Below are positions 26,076 to 36,168 of a stretch of DNA of 64,000 nt, in pieces. A model generated the notes under the pieces. It made no database searches. It worked only from the letters and a program-made list of their open reading frames with translations, and was not told the DNA's origin. Position numbers and translations under genes: made by a program. The first letter of the stretch is position 1. Each line of letters begins with the position of its first letter. The DNA comes from Minisyncoccota bacterium (GTDB taxonomy: Bacteria; Patescibacteriota; Minisyncoccia; UBA6257; 2-01-FULL-56-20), in NCBI GenBank assembly GCA_041664245.1, contig JBAYLC010000002.1, positions 11,593 through 75,592 on the forward strand. Reading direction: 5' to 3'.

Positions 26076-27569
26076 ATGGAGGAGGAAAATTTAGAGCGAG
26101 AAAAAATAGGAAATAAAAGTAAGTTTTTGATCCTTGGGGTTGTCGGAGCTTTGTTTTTTTTGGTTTCCGGTTTTTTACTAGGAGGAGCGGCGGCGAGACA
26201 AAATTCTGACGATAAAAATTTTTTGTCGGGAGCATTAGCGGCTATTTCGGACACTTTTGAGAACGTCTTTGGTTCGAATAAAGAAAATCCGGTTTTGGAA
26301 TTTTCGTTAGATAGCGGTAAGGAAGGAGATTTTTCTTTCGCAGAAGAAAAATTGGGAATGGGCGGAGTGAAAAAAGATAATCCACCTCTTCAAGGGGAAA
26401 TAGAAGCCACGAGTAAAATTAGTTCTGGGCAAAAAAAAATGGCGGGGGCGGCTCAATTTAAAGATAAAGGAAGTATTTCTTTGTTGGCTGATTCGAATTT
26501 TAAAAATAATCCGCCACTCGCCGCCACCGATAAAAATTTCACTTTGCAAAATTGTAATTTTGATTTGCTGGCGGAGCCGAGCCACGAGATTATTTTAAAT
26601 GAGATCGCGTGGATGGGGACTGATGTGAATTCTAATGACGAGTGGCTTGAGTTGAAAAATAATTCAGCGAAAGAAATAAATTTGGGGGGTTGGCAGATAA
26701 AAAATCAGAAAGACAACTTAAGAATTTCTTTTACCGAAAATAAAATTTTACCGAGTGGGGGGTTTTTTATTTTAGAACGGACTGATGATAGTTCGGTACC
26801 GGCGGTGGCGGCTGATTTTATTTACAGCGGAGCGATGAGTAACGACGGCGAGTGGTTCAGGATTTTTGATGGCAAGTGCAAGGTAGTTGATGAAATAAAC
26901 GCTTCGTTAGGTTGGGGGAGATTTGGCGGAGAGAATTCACCGAAAAAAACCTTGGAGAGAAATTTGTATGATTTAAATTGGCATACAAGTTCTATCGCGG
27001 GCGGAACGCCGAGAATAAAAAATTCAGAGATGGTTTTAGTGAGTTCAACGGCTAGCGCAGTATCGCCGTCAGAAGCACCAGCTGCGCCGAGCCAACCACA
27101 AACATCCTCGACGATTCCGGCGGTGGCACCGACGATAATAGTAAGCGAGGTGATGGTTGGAAGTTCTGCTTCGGCGGGATACGAATTTATTGAAATTTAT
27201 AATTACGGTAGTGAAGTGATGGATTTAACCGGTTGGGCGATAAAAAAGAAAAGCTCTAGCGGAAGCGAATCGTCGCTTGTCTCGGCAAGCCGACTTCAGG
27301 GGAAGACGGTAGCGCCCGGGAAATATATACTTTTGGCTCATGAGGAGGAATATACGGGGCCGGTTTCGGCTGATGTTTTGTGGCCGAAATCGTATACTTT
27401 GGCTTATACCAATAATGCGGTGGTGGTTTATGACTCAAGCGGACAAGTGGCGGATCAGGCAAGTTGGACAGAGATTCCAAAAGATCAAAGTTACGAAAGA
27501 GCGACGCTTACAAAAGAAACAGCATTTACACTCCAGGCAAATCCGAGCCCGAAAAACTCTGGAATGTAG
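26076..27569 (+). CDS. membrane-anchored protein with two lamin-tail (LTD) domains
   Basis: N-terminal TM helix; two copies of an NEIAWMG...EWLELKN / SEVMVGS...EFIEIYN LTD-like motif. Confidence 0.65.
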   Translation: MEEENLEREKIGNKSKFLILGVVGALFFLVSGFLLGGAAARQNSDDKNFLSGALAAISDTFENVFGSNKENPVLEFSLDSGKEGDFSFAEEKLGMGGVKKDNPPLQGEIEATSKISSGQKKMAGAAQFKDKGSISLLADSNFKNNPPLAATDKNFTLQNCNFDLLAEPSHEIILNEIAWMGTDVNSNDEWLELKNNSAKEINLGGWQIKNQKDNLRISFTENKILPSGGFFILERTDDSSVPAVAADFIYSGAMSNDGEWFRIFDGKCKVVDEINASLGWGRFGGENSPKKTLERNLYDLNWHTSSIAGGTPRIKNSEMVLVSSTASAVSPSEAPAAPSQPQTSSTIPAVAPTIIVSEVMVGSSASAGYEFIEIYNYGSEVMDLTGWAIKKKSSSGSESSLVSASRLQGKTVAPGKYILLAHEEEYTGPVSADVLWPKSYTLAYTNNAVVVYDSSGQVADQASWTEIPKDQSYERATLTKETAFTLQANPSPKNSGM

Positions 27570-27581
27570 TGTGATAAAATA

Positions 27582-28112
27582 ATGCCAACAATGCGAACAT
27601 ACACGAACACTGCTAAGCGTGGGAATAATGTTGGTCGCTTGATCGTGATTCTTCATAACATTCGAAGCGTGTATAACGTTGGTTCAATTTTTCGAACCTG
27701 TGATGGTGCCGGTGTTAAAAAAATTTATTTGATTGGGGCGACGCCGACACCGCTCGACAGGTTTGAAAATTTTCGAAAAGATTTCGAAAAAGTTTCTTTG
27801 GGAGCGGAGAAGACGATGGAGTGGGAATACTCAAAAAGTTTTTTAGCGGTTTATGAAAAACTGAAAAAGACCGCCGGCGGGCAAATTGAAATTTTAGCGG
27901 TGGAGCAGGATAAAAATTCGATTTCGTATTTTAAATATAAAAAGGGCAAAAAAAACGTAGCTCTGATTTTTGGGGAAGAGACGAAGGGATTGCCGAAAAC
28001 TATTTTGAGTAAGGCGGATAAAATTTTAGAAATTCCGATGTGGGGTAAGAAGGAATCCCTCAATGTTTCGGTGGCGGTGGGAGTGGTGGCTTATTCGTTC
28101 GCCAATGATTAA
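27582..28112 (+). CDS. SpoU/TrmH-family RNA 2'-O-methyltransferase
   Basis: LHNIRSVYNVGSIFRTCDGAG...ALIFGEETKGL...ILEIPMWG...SLNVSVAVGVVAY. Confidence 0.8.
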   Translation: MPTMRTYTNTAKRGNNVGRLIVILHNIRSVYNVGSIFRTCDGAGVKKIYLIGATPTPLDRFENFRKDFEKVSLGAEKTMEWEYSKSFLAVYEKLKKTAGGQIEILAVEQDKNSISYFKYKKGKKNVALIFGEETKGLPKTILSKADKILEIPMWGKKESLNVSVAVGVVAYSFAND

Positions 28113-28169
28113 TGACTTATGTGTTTATTGGTAAATGAAGATATAGATAAGATATAATCAAGTTAATAA

Positions 28170-28631
28170 ATGGGTAATAAAAAAGTGTTAATAATTTTAG
28201 GAATTGTTATATTGGCGTTTATCGTTTTCGGATATTTGTTCTTTGGCTATCGAGGCGGGAAATTAGAAACCAAATTTTTGAAAGTAAATGGAGTGGAATT
28301 TTCGGTTGAGATGGCGGATACAACTCTTAGCCGAATGAAGGGACTTTCGGGGCGAGATGGTTTAGTTGAAAATGAAGGAATGTTTTTTGTTTTTGATTCG
28401 CCGGCTAATCAGGGTTTTTGGATGAAAGATATGAAATTTCCGATTGATATTATTTGGATTAAAGACGGAAAAATTGTCGGGTTTGTTGAAAACGCCCAGC
28501 CCGAACCAGGGAAAACTGTTTTTGGCTTGAAAATTTATAATTCATCAGAGCCGGTAGATAGGGTTTTAGAAGTGAACGCGGGGACGGTGGCGAAGTATGG
28601 TTTCGAGGTGGGTCAGTCGGTAAGTTTCTAA
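28170..28631 (+). CDS. DUF192 domain protein
   Basis: MKGLSGRD...GMFFVF...FWMKDMKFPIDIIWI. Confidence 0.7.
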   Translation: MGNKKVLIILGIVILAFIVFGYLFFGYRGGKLETKFLKVNGVEFSVEMADTTLSRMKGLSGRDGLVENEGMFFVFDSPANQGFWMKDMKFPIDIIWIKDGKIVGFVENAQPEPGKTVFGLKIYNSSEPVDRVLEVNAGTVAKYGFEVGQSVSF

Positions 28632-28690
28632 TGGTTTGACTATTGGATTAATGGCGATTTATATTTTTGTGATAGAATAAAAAGAAAATC

Positions 28691-29728
28691 ATGGATAAAA
28701 AAAGAGTGGTCATAAATGGTTTTGGGCGAATTGGGCGGCTTTTTCTTCGCCAGGTTTTTAGTTTACCGCCGGAACAGTCTAGTTTTGAGGTGGTGGCGAT
28801 AAACGATTTGGGGGATCTTGAGAACCTCGCTTATCTATTAAGGAAAGATACCGTTTACGGAACTTACGGGCGGCAAGTAACGTGTGATAAAGAAAAGGGA
28901 GTTCTCGCGATTGACGGCAAGGAAATTAAAATCTTGCAGATAAAAGATCCGGCGCAGTTGCCGTGGAAAGATTTGGGAGTTGATGTGGTGGTGGAAGCGA
29001 CGGGAGTTTTTGAATCTTACGAAAAAGCGAAAGTTCATTTGGATGCGGGAGCGAAACGGGTGGTGATTACGGCGCCGGCAAAAGACGCAGATGGTCCGAT
29101 TGGAAAGACGATTTTGATGGGGATTAATGATGGAGAACTTAAAACGGTTAGTTTAACTTCAAATGGATCTTGTACGACGAACGCGGCTTCGCCGGTGATT
29201 GCGATTTTGTCGCAAAATCCGGGAATTTTAAAAGCGGTCCTAAACACCGTTCACGCTTACACGGCGACGCAATCAATTGTGGACGGACCGGTTAAGGGCA
29301 GTGATTTTCTCCGCGGGCGGGCGGCGGCGCAAAATATTGTGCCATCAACCACGGGCGCGGCGATTGCCGTAGCTAGAGCCTTGCCGGAACTGGCGGGGAA
29401 ATTTGACGGGACGGCGATGAGAGTGCCGGTTGCGGCCGGATCGGTGGCGGATATTGTTTTTTTGGCCAAGCGAAAGGTAACGGTTGAGGAAGTAAACGGA
29501 ATTTTAAAAGAAGCGGCGGCAAAACCAGAGTGGCAAGGTATCCTAAAGGTGAGCGAAGAATCGCTTGTTTCTTCGGATATAGTGGGCGAGCCGTATGGCG
29601 CGATTGTTGATTTAACTTTCACTAAGGTAGTGGACGGCGATTTAGTGAAGGTGTTGTCGTGGTATGACAACGAAGCGGGGTATGTTTCAACTTTAATTAA
29701 ACATGTTTCGGCGGCAGTGGCGGGTTAA
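28691..29728 (+). CDS. gap: glyceraldehyde-3-phosphate dehydrogenase, type I
   Basis: INGFGRIGR; SNGSCTTN active-site Cys; WYDNE. Confidence 0.9.
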   Translation: MDKKRVVINGFGRIGRLFLRQVFSLPPEQSSFEVVAINDLGDLENLAYLLRKDTVYGTYGRQVTCDKEKGVLAIDGKEIKILQIKDPAQLPWKDLGVDVVVEATGVFESYEKAKVHLDAGAKRVVITAPAKDADGPIGKTILMGINDGELKTVSLTSNGSCTTNAASPVIAILSQNPGILKAVLNTVHAYTATQSIVDGPVKGSDFLRGRAAAQNIVPSTTGAAIAVARALPELAGKFDGTAMRVPVAAGSVADIVFLAKRKVTVEEVNGILKEAAAKPEWQGILKVSEESLVSSDIVGEPYGAIVDLTFTKVVDGDLVKVLSWYDNEAGYVSTLIKHVSAAVAG

Positions 29729-29766
29729 GAATATAGAATTAAGAATAGAGAATAAAAAATTTGAAA

Positions 29767-29960
29767 TGCATAATTGGACGGTTGATGAGGAAAAGTTGAA
29801 AGCCAATAAGGATAGATATTTAATTTGGCGGTTGGAGCAGTTGGCAAATTTTGGTTTGGATGGCGAGAAAATTAAAGCTTCCGATTTGAGAAATTTTTGG
29901 TTGGATATTGATATTGATCCGAAAAGAAAAGAATTTTTGAACTTAATTCTTAATTCTTAA
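29767..29960 (+). CDS. small hypothetical protein, possible antitoxin partner of the downstream nucleotidyltransferase
   Basis: 64 aa from the internal Met; 6-nt gap to the next gene. Confidence 0.3.
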
Positions 29961-29966
29961 ATAAAT

Positions 29967-30614
29967 ATGCTTAGCGAACGACAGCTCATGTTTTTGGAAA
30001 AGTTTAAGGGGAGCGGTTTTTTGGTTAATAATTTTTATTTAACGAGCGGAGCGGCGTTGGGGGAGTTTTACTTAAGACATAGGAAAACGCAGGGTTTGGA
30101 TTTTTTTTCGGAAAAAGATTTTAGTTTGCTCGATATTGATTTATTCATTAATGACATAAAAGGGAAATTGGGAATCGAAAAGATTGACTTTGAACAGGGA
30201 TATAAAAGAAATTTTTTCTTTTTGCATTTTCCAGGGGAAGTTATAAAGATTGAATTTACTTATTTTCCATTTCCGCGGCTTGAGCGGGGAACGACAGAAT
30301 TAGGCGTGCAAATCGACAGTTTGGCGGACATCGCGGCTAATAAAGTTTTTTCAGTCTATCAGCGAACGAAGGCAGAGGATTTTATTGATTTATTTTTTAT
30401 TTGCAAGGGGAAAGGGATTTTATTTAGGGATTTGATTTTCAAAACACGGACGAAATTCGGCTGGCAATTTGATCCAGTACAGCTCGGTACTAAGCTTTTG
30501 GCTGTTAAAGAGGTGGTGGATTATCCGATGACGATTAAGGAATTTTCCCAAAGTGATTTAGAACAATTCTTCATTGACGAGGCCGTTAAATTAAAAGACG
30601 AGGTACTTTTCTAG
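29967..30614 (+). CDS. AbiEii/DUF1814-family nucleotidyltransferase (type IV toxin-like)
   Basis: YLTSGAALGEFYLRHRKTQGLDFF matches the GGTAL...HR.S.DLDF N-terminal signature. Confidence 0.6.
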   Translation: MLSERQLMFLEKFKGSGFLVNNFYLTSGAALGEFYLRHRKTQGLDFFSEKDFSLLDIDLFINDIKGKLGIEKIDFEQGYKRNFFFLHFPGEVIKIEFTYFPFPRLERGTTELGVQIDSLADIAANKVFSVYQRTKAEDFIDLFFICKGKGILFRDLIFKTRTKFGWQFDPVQLGTKLLAVKEVVDYPMTIKEFSQSDLEQFFIDEAVKLKDEVLF

Positions 30615-30747
30615 AATTTTTTGATTATTTGCGATTTTAAGAATTGGGTTATCCACCTTTTTCAGCGATTTAAGGGCGGATGTGATACAATTTAAATAGA
30701 AAATATAAACAAAAAGGTCTTATTTTAAAAATCAGGTGAATTTTTAT

Positions 30748-33700
30748 ATGAAAAAAATATATTTGCCGCTTTTTTTGGCGGTGGTAGTTGGGGTAGGTTT
30801 TGGTTTAGTTCCAAAGGTCCAGGCTGCAACTAATTTTATTCGTCCGATCAGCGGGGAGACCTTGGAAGTCGGTAAAACTTATCCGATTTCTTGGTATGGC
30901 ATTGGTACGCCAAATACGGAATGGCGGCTTTTCTATAGCGCCGTTGGAGGAAGCAAGGTGGAAATTATCACAAAGGGAACTAAAGATTTTAGATATGATA
31001 ATGCGATTTTCAGCGGAGGAGGAACGCAATATACAGCGAATATGTATTATGATTGGCTGGTTCCACAATTAGCTCCGGGATCTTACAAATTAATAAAAGA
31101 GTTAAGAGCTTATGGGGTTCTTGAATCGACAGATGAAAGCGCAGTTTTTAATATTGGTGGTACGGGCAATCAGGGACAGAGCACAAAGTTTATTATTGGC
31201 GATAGAGTGATAACAAATATTGGTTCGGTTAGGGTCCGAGGTATTTTTGGGCAGATAATTTTGACATTACCAGCGCTTAGATTTCAAGGTACGGTTGTTG
31301 GCGGACCTAAACTTATTGTTCCTCCCTCGGTTTCTTCTCCTACTTGGTTTTGGGAAATTAATTTTGACGATCCAAATGCGTCGGATGGATATGTGGCGGA
31401 GCAGTTGTTGGACAAAATACCGCCTCCGAGCACCACGTTTGCTATTGGCGACAGGGTTAGAGAGAATGCCGGCGGTACGGTTGTTCGGGTTTCGCCGGAT
31501 ACATACGCGGCAAAAATAGCGACGGTTAGGGGTTTCGATCAGGGAGTGATTGTTGGCGGACCGGTTTATGGCGTTTATCCTAATGGAAATTATGTTTGGA
31601 GATGGAAGGTGAGTTGGGAGGGAAGACAGTATGGGGATAGTAAATTCGAGGGTTGGTCGCCGGAGGAGTTATTAATAAAGGAAGTAAATTCAAAATATTA
31701 CAGCGCGACTTGTAATAAGTTTTTACAAGACGGACAAACAAGGGAAAGTTTTATTGTAAAGGGATCTCTTTCGGGCGGCGCTCACGGGGTGGCGACTGTT
31801 AATTTTTGGCCCATGATGCCACCGCCGCCGGTGATTGCTCCATCTTCTCCTTTTGGCAGTTTCATTCCTTTCGGTCCCACTCCTTTACCGTTCAATAATA
31901 ATTTTATCGGGTTTGAACAGGCTGGGGCGACCGGCGTTGTTTACGGCGGTCCGACGTATATGCAGGGAAATTGCTGGTGGAAAACTTATTTCCTAAATAA
32001 ATCGCCTCAGGGATGGATGGTAGATTCTGAACTTACTAAAAGCGTTACTGCACCACCTACAGTGACGTCCACCAAGCCAATTGCTAAGTTTAAAACCGGT
32101 GATGTGGTTAAGATGATAGCAGTCGGAGCGGTTAGATCGTCGCCGAGTATAGTTAATCCTTTTAATTGTGGCGAACCGGGAGGGGGAAGTTGCGATTCTA
32201 ATGTTGTTCGACAGGTTACAGCTGGAACTAGGGGGACAGTTAAGTACGACCCGTATTATAATCCCGACCGGAATCGATACTTTTACTATATCGAGTTCAA
32301 TGATGGAGGAGCGAATGGATATGTCGAGGAATTTTACCTGGATTTTTACGCCCCGCCGATAGAAGTTTCTTGTGCTGGTGTGAATTTTATTAACGGCGAC
32401 AGGATAAAAGTAAAAAATTCAGCTGGAGCTGCGGTTCAGTCCGATGACCCCACTCTACCCTGGTCTTTAGGCGGTAAGCCGCCGACTAGGCGGGGACTTA
32501 ATATTATTGGTTCCCAGCCTTTTGGCGCCTTGGGGGCAGTGATGGGATCTCCTATTTCCACGAGTGATTACTGTGCAGTGAAAGTTAATTTTGATAGCGG
32601 AACGGATGGATGGGTATCTTCGGATGATATTGAAAAGTTCACTACAACGACATTAAAATTTTCTATCGGTGATAGGATAATAACAACTAAGCTAACTGAT
32701 TTATTTAATGACAGCGGAGCGCCGTTTAATTTATTTTACGGATCAGCCCAAGATGAGGCGCGGCAGGGAATGATTACGGCTGGGCCGAAAATTATTAATT
32801 CTAAAACATTTTGGAAGGTGGATTTTGATTTTAAGAGCGATCCTGGCGTTGCGGCGCCACAAGGAATTGTCTATGACGGTTGGGTAGAAGAGAGTTCGAT
32901 TAAAAAATTCGTAGCGAGCGATTATCCGTTGCGCGGAGCAGGGTTTATTTCTCCGATTCAGGGAGATCAGTGGCTGAATTCAAATACGAATAAATGGTAC
33001 ACGATTTCCACCGGAGATCAGGCGACGACGGCGGGGAGTTTTTGGAAAGGGGTTTATGGATATGGCGATACAAATATTTACTTGAGGAAAATTGGCGATG
33101 TTAATTCGGAAACGCTTTTTAAGGATGGCACTGGATGGGTAGTGAAAGATGGCGTGATGAGTAATAGCTGGCGACCATATCTCTATCCAGTTGGATCCTA
33201 TCAGTTTGTACTCAAGGATTCACACGAAGGCTGGGTTTACCGAACTAGTGAAAGCGGAATTTTTAGTATAGTTACTTCAAATATTCCAATTACTCCAACG
33301 TCAACGATGGGAGGGGTGATAATCGCAAGTGATAGTTTTACGAGTCCAACAACAATCGGGGTTGGTGTTTCCGGCCAATGGAGGATAAAGGCCACCGATC
33401 AGAACGGATATGATTTAACTTATAGGGTGGTTTGGGGTGATGGACGATATGATACAAACACATTGATGAGTGGTAGTACGGTGGTTGTTAGACACGCCTT
33501 TTTAAACACCGGTAATTATACGGCCACGCTCAGTGTTACTGACAGGAATAATATAACGGTTTCAAAATCTTTGACGATCACGGTGGATAATAATGGAACT
33601 GGGAATACTAATCAGCCGCCGGTTATTTCGAGAGTGAATGGACCAACCACTCTTATTACAGGTCAGAGCGGGACCTGGACAGTTCAGGCTTCTGACCCAG

Positions 33701-35985
33701 AGAATGGAATGCTTAGCTATTCGGTGCAGTGGGGGGATGGACAAAAGATAGCTCCCACCCAATCTCAAACTGCGCTTGGGGGGTCTCAGCCGGCTACATT
33801 TTCTCACGTTTACCAAAGTACTGGTACCTATACGATCGTAATTACTGTTACGGATAATGGCGGTTTCTCGACTACCACGAGTTTGGCAGTGGTAGTTTCT
33901 AATATTGTTTTAAATCCCACTTCAAGCAAATTTAGAATTGGCGATCGAGTTGAAGTTACTGCTGATTTGCGCGCTAGGAGTAATCCGACTATGAGTGGAA
34001 GTATAGCAGGTGTTCAAGTAGCCGGGTCTTTAGGGACGGTTACCGGCGGTTCGGTTTGGGCAGATAATTATTTCTGGTGGGAGATTAATTATGATAACGG
34101 AGCTGATGGCTGGTCTGTAGAAGATTATTTAAAATTAGCCACCGGAGTAAATCCGCCACTCGATAACATTGTGCCTACCGTTACTATATTATCTCCAGTT
34201 TCCAATAGCACGGTTACTGGCGCTTCGGTATCGCTTAGCGCGAGTGCTTCGGATAATGTTGGAGTAGCTGGGGTTCAATTCAAACTTGATGACCAAAATC
34301 TTGGCGCTGAAGATGTTACTTCCCCATATTCCATCGCTTGGAATACTGCCCAAACTACAAATGGTTCCCATATTTTAACGGCAGTGGCTCGCGATGCGGC
34401 TGGAAACTTGGGCACCTCGCAAGCGATTAGTGTCGTGGTTTCTAACACTGCCACTAATCCTGTTTCGAGTAAGTTTAATATTGGTGATCGAGTTGAAGTT
34501 ACCACTGATTTACGCGCCAGACTTACTCCAGATTTAACTGGAAATATTTCGGGTGTCCAGACAGTCAGGTCTTTGGGGACGATTACTCGCGGTTCGGTTT
34601 GGGCAGATAATTATTTCTGGTGGGAGATTAATTATGATAACGGAGCCGATGGCTGGTCGGTGGAAGATTATTTAAAATTAGCCACCGGAGTAAATCCGCC
34701 GCCAGTTAATAATCCTCCAACTATAACCGCGGACAGTTTTGTAAGTCCGACGAACGTGACGGTTGGCACGAATAATTGGTGGAGATTGCAGGCTTCTGAT
34801 TCTGATAGTCCAGGGCCTCTTGGGTATTCGATTAGTTGGGGAGATGGCGGAACGGATAATTTCTCGATCGGCAACGGCGAACTGAAGCAAGCTTTTCACA
34901 CTTACAACATTGCCGGCACTTATACGGTTGTGTTTACGGCTACTGACTCCTTGGGAGCTTCAAAAACAAAATCTTTAACAGTCGTGGTGGCTGGCACCGG
35001 AACTGGAAATACTGGTGAGCCGATTGTTATTAATCCTTCTAGTTTTACCAGTCCGACGTCGGTGAAGGCCGGGGAAGAGAATTGGTGGTTAGTGCAAGCG
35101 GTGAATCCAAATCATAATGGGGCCTCGCTTAGAGTAGATATTGTTTGGGGCGATGGCAGTCAGAGCGGCTACGGGAATATGTTCACTTGGATTATTGGCA
35201 GTGGGCAAGGATTGAGGGCTTATCATACCTACGGAACGCCGGGAACTTACACGGCTAAACTGAAGTTAACAGAAGAGATTATAGGGAGCTCGCAAATTCC
35301 GAAAGCGACAATCTCAAAGGATCTTCAGATTACTGTTCTTCCTTCGGGTCAAGGAAGCTTGGCACCGCTTATTCCTGACTTCACTTTTTTGGGACCGACT
35401 TACGTGAAAAGCGGAGCGCTTAATTCTTGGAAGATTCAAGCCCAAGTAAAAGTTTCGGCTTCGATGCTTTACAGCATTAACTGGGGAGATGGAACGTCCA
35501 GCGGCCAGAGCTTAAATAGTAATCAAGAAATAGTTGTTTATCACACCTACAATCAAAACGGAAATTTTACTGCCCTACTTACCGTGACAGATGCCCTAGG
35601 GGGTAAGTCTACAAAATCGCTCGGGGTGGCGGTGGTGGCGCCGAGCGTGGCTCAAAATCAGGCGCCTGAAATTATTAAATTCTCGGGGCCAACGGATGTT
35701 AAGGTTGGGGTTTGGAATTGGTGGGATTGGTTAGCGATTGATCCGGAGAGTGGGGCGCTTTTTCCCGCGAACGGTGTGAATAATTTTTCGGCTTCCGTTG
35801 ATTGGGGTGATGGGAAAACGTCATCTTGTAACGGTTGTCGCAACGATATTCTCCATATTTCGTTTTTCTCTCATGCTTATGAACAGGCAGGAAATTACAA
35901 CATGATTCTTACTATTAGTGATGGAAAAGGGGGAACGGTGACGAAGTCAACTCCGATTGTTGTTTCGGCTAGTGCGGCGCAGTAA
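30748..35985 (+). CDS. giant secreted protein (1745 aa from the MKK start): multiple SH3b-like modules, about 7 PKD domains and one Ig-like (Big) domain
   Basis: signal peptide; repeated F.IGDRV...VR..P...GWV SH3b-like units; repeated (V/I)xWGDG PKD motifs; Big domain PTVTILSP...SHILTAVARDAAGN. Confidence 0.8.
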   Translation: MKKIYLPLFLAVVVGVGFGLVPKVQAATNFIRPISGETLEVGKTYPISWYGIGTPNTEWRLFYSAVGGSKVEIITKGTKDFRYDNAIFSGGGTQYTANMYYDWLVPQLAPGSYKLIKELRAYGVLESTDESAVFNIGGTGNQGQSTKFIIGDRVITNIGSVRVRGIFGQIILTLPALRFQGTVVGGPKLIVPPSVSSPTWFWEINFDDPNASDGYVAEQLLDKIPPPSTTFAIGDRVRENAGGTVVRVSPDTYAAKIATVRGFDQGVIVGGPVYGVYPNGNYVWRWKVSWEGRQYGDSKFEGWSPEELLIKEVNSKYYSATCNKFLQDGQTRESFIVKGSLSGGAHGVATVNFWPMMPPPPVIAPSSPFGSFIPFGPTPLPFNNNFIGFEQAGATGVVYGGPTYMQGNCWWKTYFLNKSPQGWMVDSELTKSVTAPPTVTSTKPIAKFKTGDVVKMIAVGAVRSSPSIVNPFNCGEPGGGSCDSNVVRQVTAGTRGTVKYDPYYNPDRNRYFYYIEFNDGGANGYVEEFYLDFYAPPIEVSCAGVNFINGDRIKVKNSAGAAVQSDDPTLPWSLGGKPPTRRGLNIIGSQPFGALGAVMGSPISTSDYCAVKVNFDSGTDGWVSSDDIEKFTTTTLKFSIGDRIITTKLTDLFNDSGAPFNLFYGSAQDEARQGMITAGPKIINSKTFWKVDFDFKSDPGVAAPQGIVYDGWVEESSIKKFVASDYPLRGAGFISPIQGDQWLNSNTNKWYTISTGDQATTAGSFWKGVYGYGDTNIYLRKIGDVNSETLFKDGTGWVVKDGVMSNSWRPYLYPVGSYQFVLKDSHEGWVYRTSESGIFSIVTSNIPITPTSTMGGVIIASDSFTSPTTIGVGVSGQWRIKATDQNGYDLTYRVVWGDGRYDTNTLMSGSTVVVRHAFLNTGNYTATLSVTDRNNITVSKSLTITVDNNGTGNTNQPPVISRVNGPTTLITGQSGTWTVQASDPENGMLSYSVQWGDGQKIAPTQSQTALGGSQPATFSHVYQSTGTYTIVITVTDNGGFSTTTSLAVVVSNIVLNPTSSKFRIGDRVEVTADLRARSNPTMSGSIAGVQVAGSLGTVTGGSVWADNYFWWEINYDNGADGWSVEDYLKLATGVNPPLDNIVPTVTILSPVSNSTVTGASVSLSASASDNVGVAGVQFKLDDQNLGAEDVTSPYSIAWNTAQTTNGSHILTAVARDAAGNLGTSQAISVVVSNTATNPVSSKFNIGDRVEVTTDLRARLTPDLTGNISGVQTVRSLGTITRGSVWADNYFWWEINYDNGADGWSVEDYLKLATGVNPPPVNNPPTITADSFVSPTNVTVGTNNWWRLQASDSDSPGPLGYSISWGDGGTDNFSIGNGELKQAFHTYNIAGTYTVVFTATDSLGASKTKSLTVVVAGTGTGNTGEPIVINPSSFTSPTSVKAGEENWWLVQAVNPNHNGASLRVDIVWGDGSQSGYGNMFTWIIGSGQGLRAYHTYGTPGTYTAKLKLTEEIIGSSQIPKATISKDLQITVLPSGQGSLAPLIPDFTFLGPTYVKSGALNSWKIQAQVKVSASMLYSINWGDGTSSGQSLNSNQEIVVYHTYNQNGNFTALLTVTDALGGKSTKSLGVAVVAPSVAQNQAPEIIKFSGPTDVKVGVWNWWDWLAIDPESGALFPANGVNNFSASVDWGDGKTSSCNGCRNDILHISFFSHAYEQAGNYNMILTISDGKGGTVTKSTPIVVSASAAQ
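33907..34700 (+). repeat. intragenic tandem duplication of an SH3b module; the 3' ~110 nt of each copy (34048-34157, 34591-34700) are over 95% identical
   Basis: ggttcggtttgggcagataattatttctggtgggagattaattatgataacggagc... occurs twice. Confidence 0.85.
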
Positions 35986-36007
35986 TAATAAATAGTTTTC
36001 CGGTATA

Positions 36008-36050
36008 AGAGCGGTTTCGCCAAGCGGGACCGCTCTTTTGTAACTTTTTG
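36008..36050 (+). terminator. intrinsic terminator
   Basis: agagcggt...accgctct stem plus T-run. Confidence 0.7.
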
Positions 36051-36168
36051 CGGTGTTTTGGCGTATAATTATTGGCGTTGGAATTCGCCTGAATTATCGG
36101 GCGTTTAAGGTCGATAATGAAGGACTAAAAAATAAAAAAGAAATATAAAAAACAAACAAAGAGAAATT

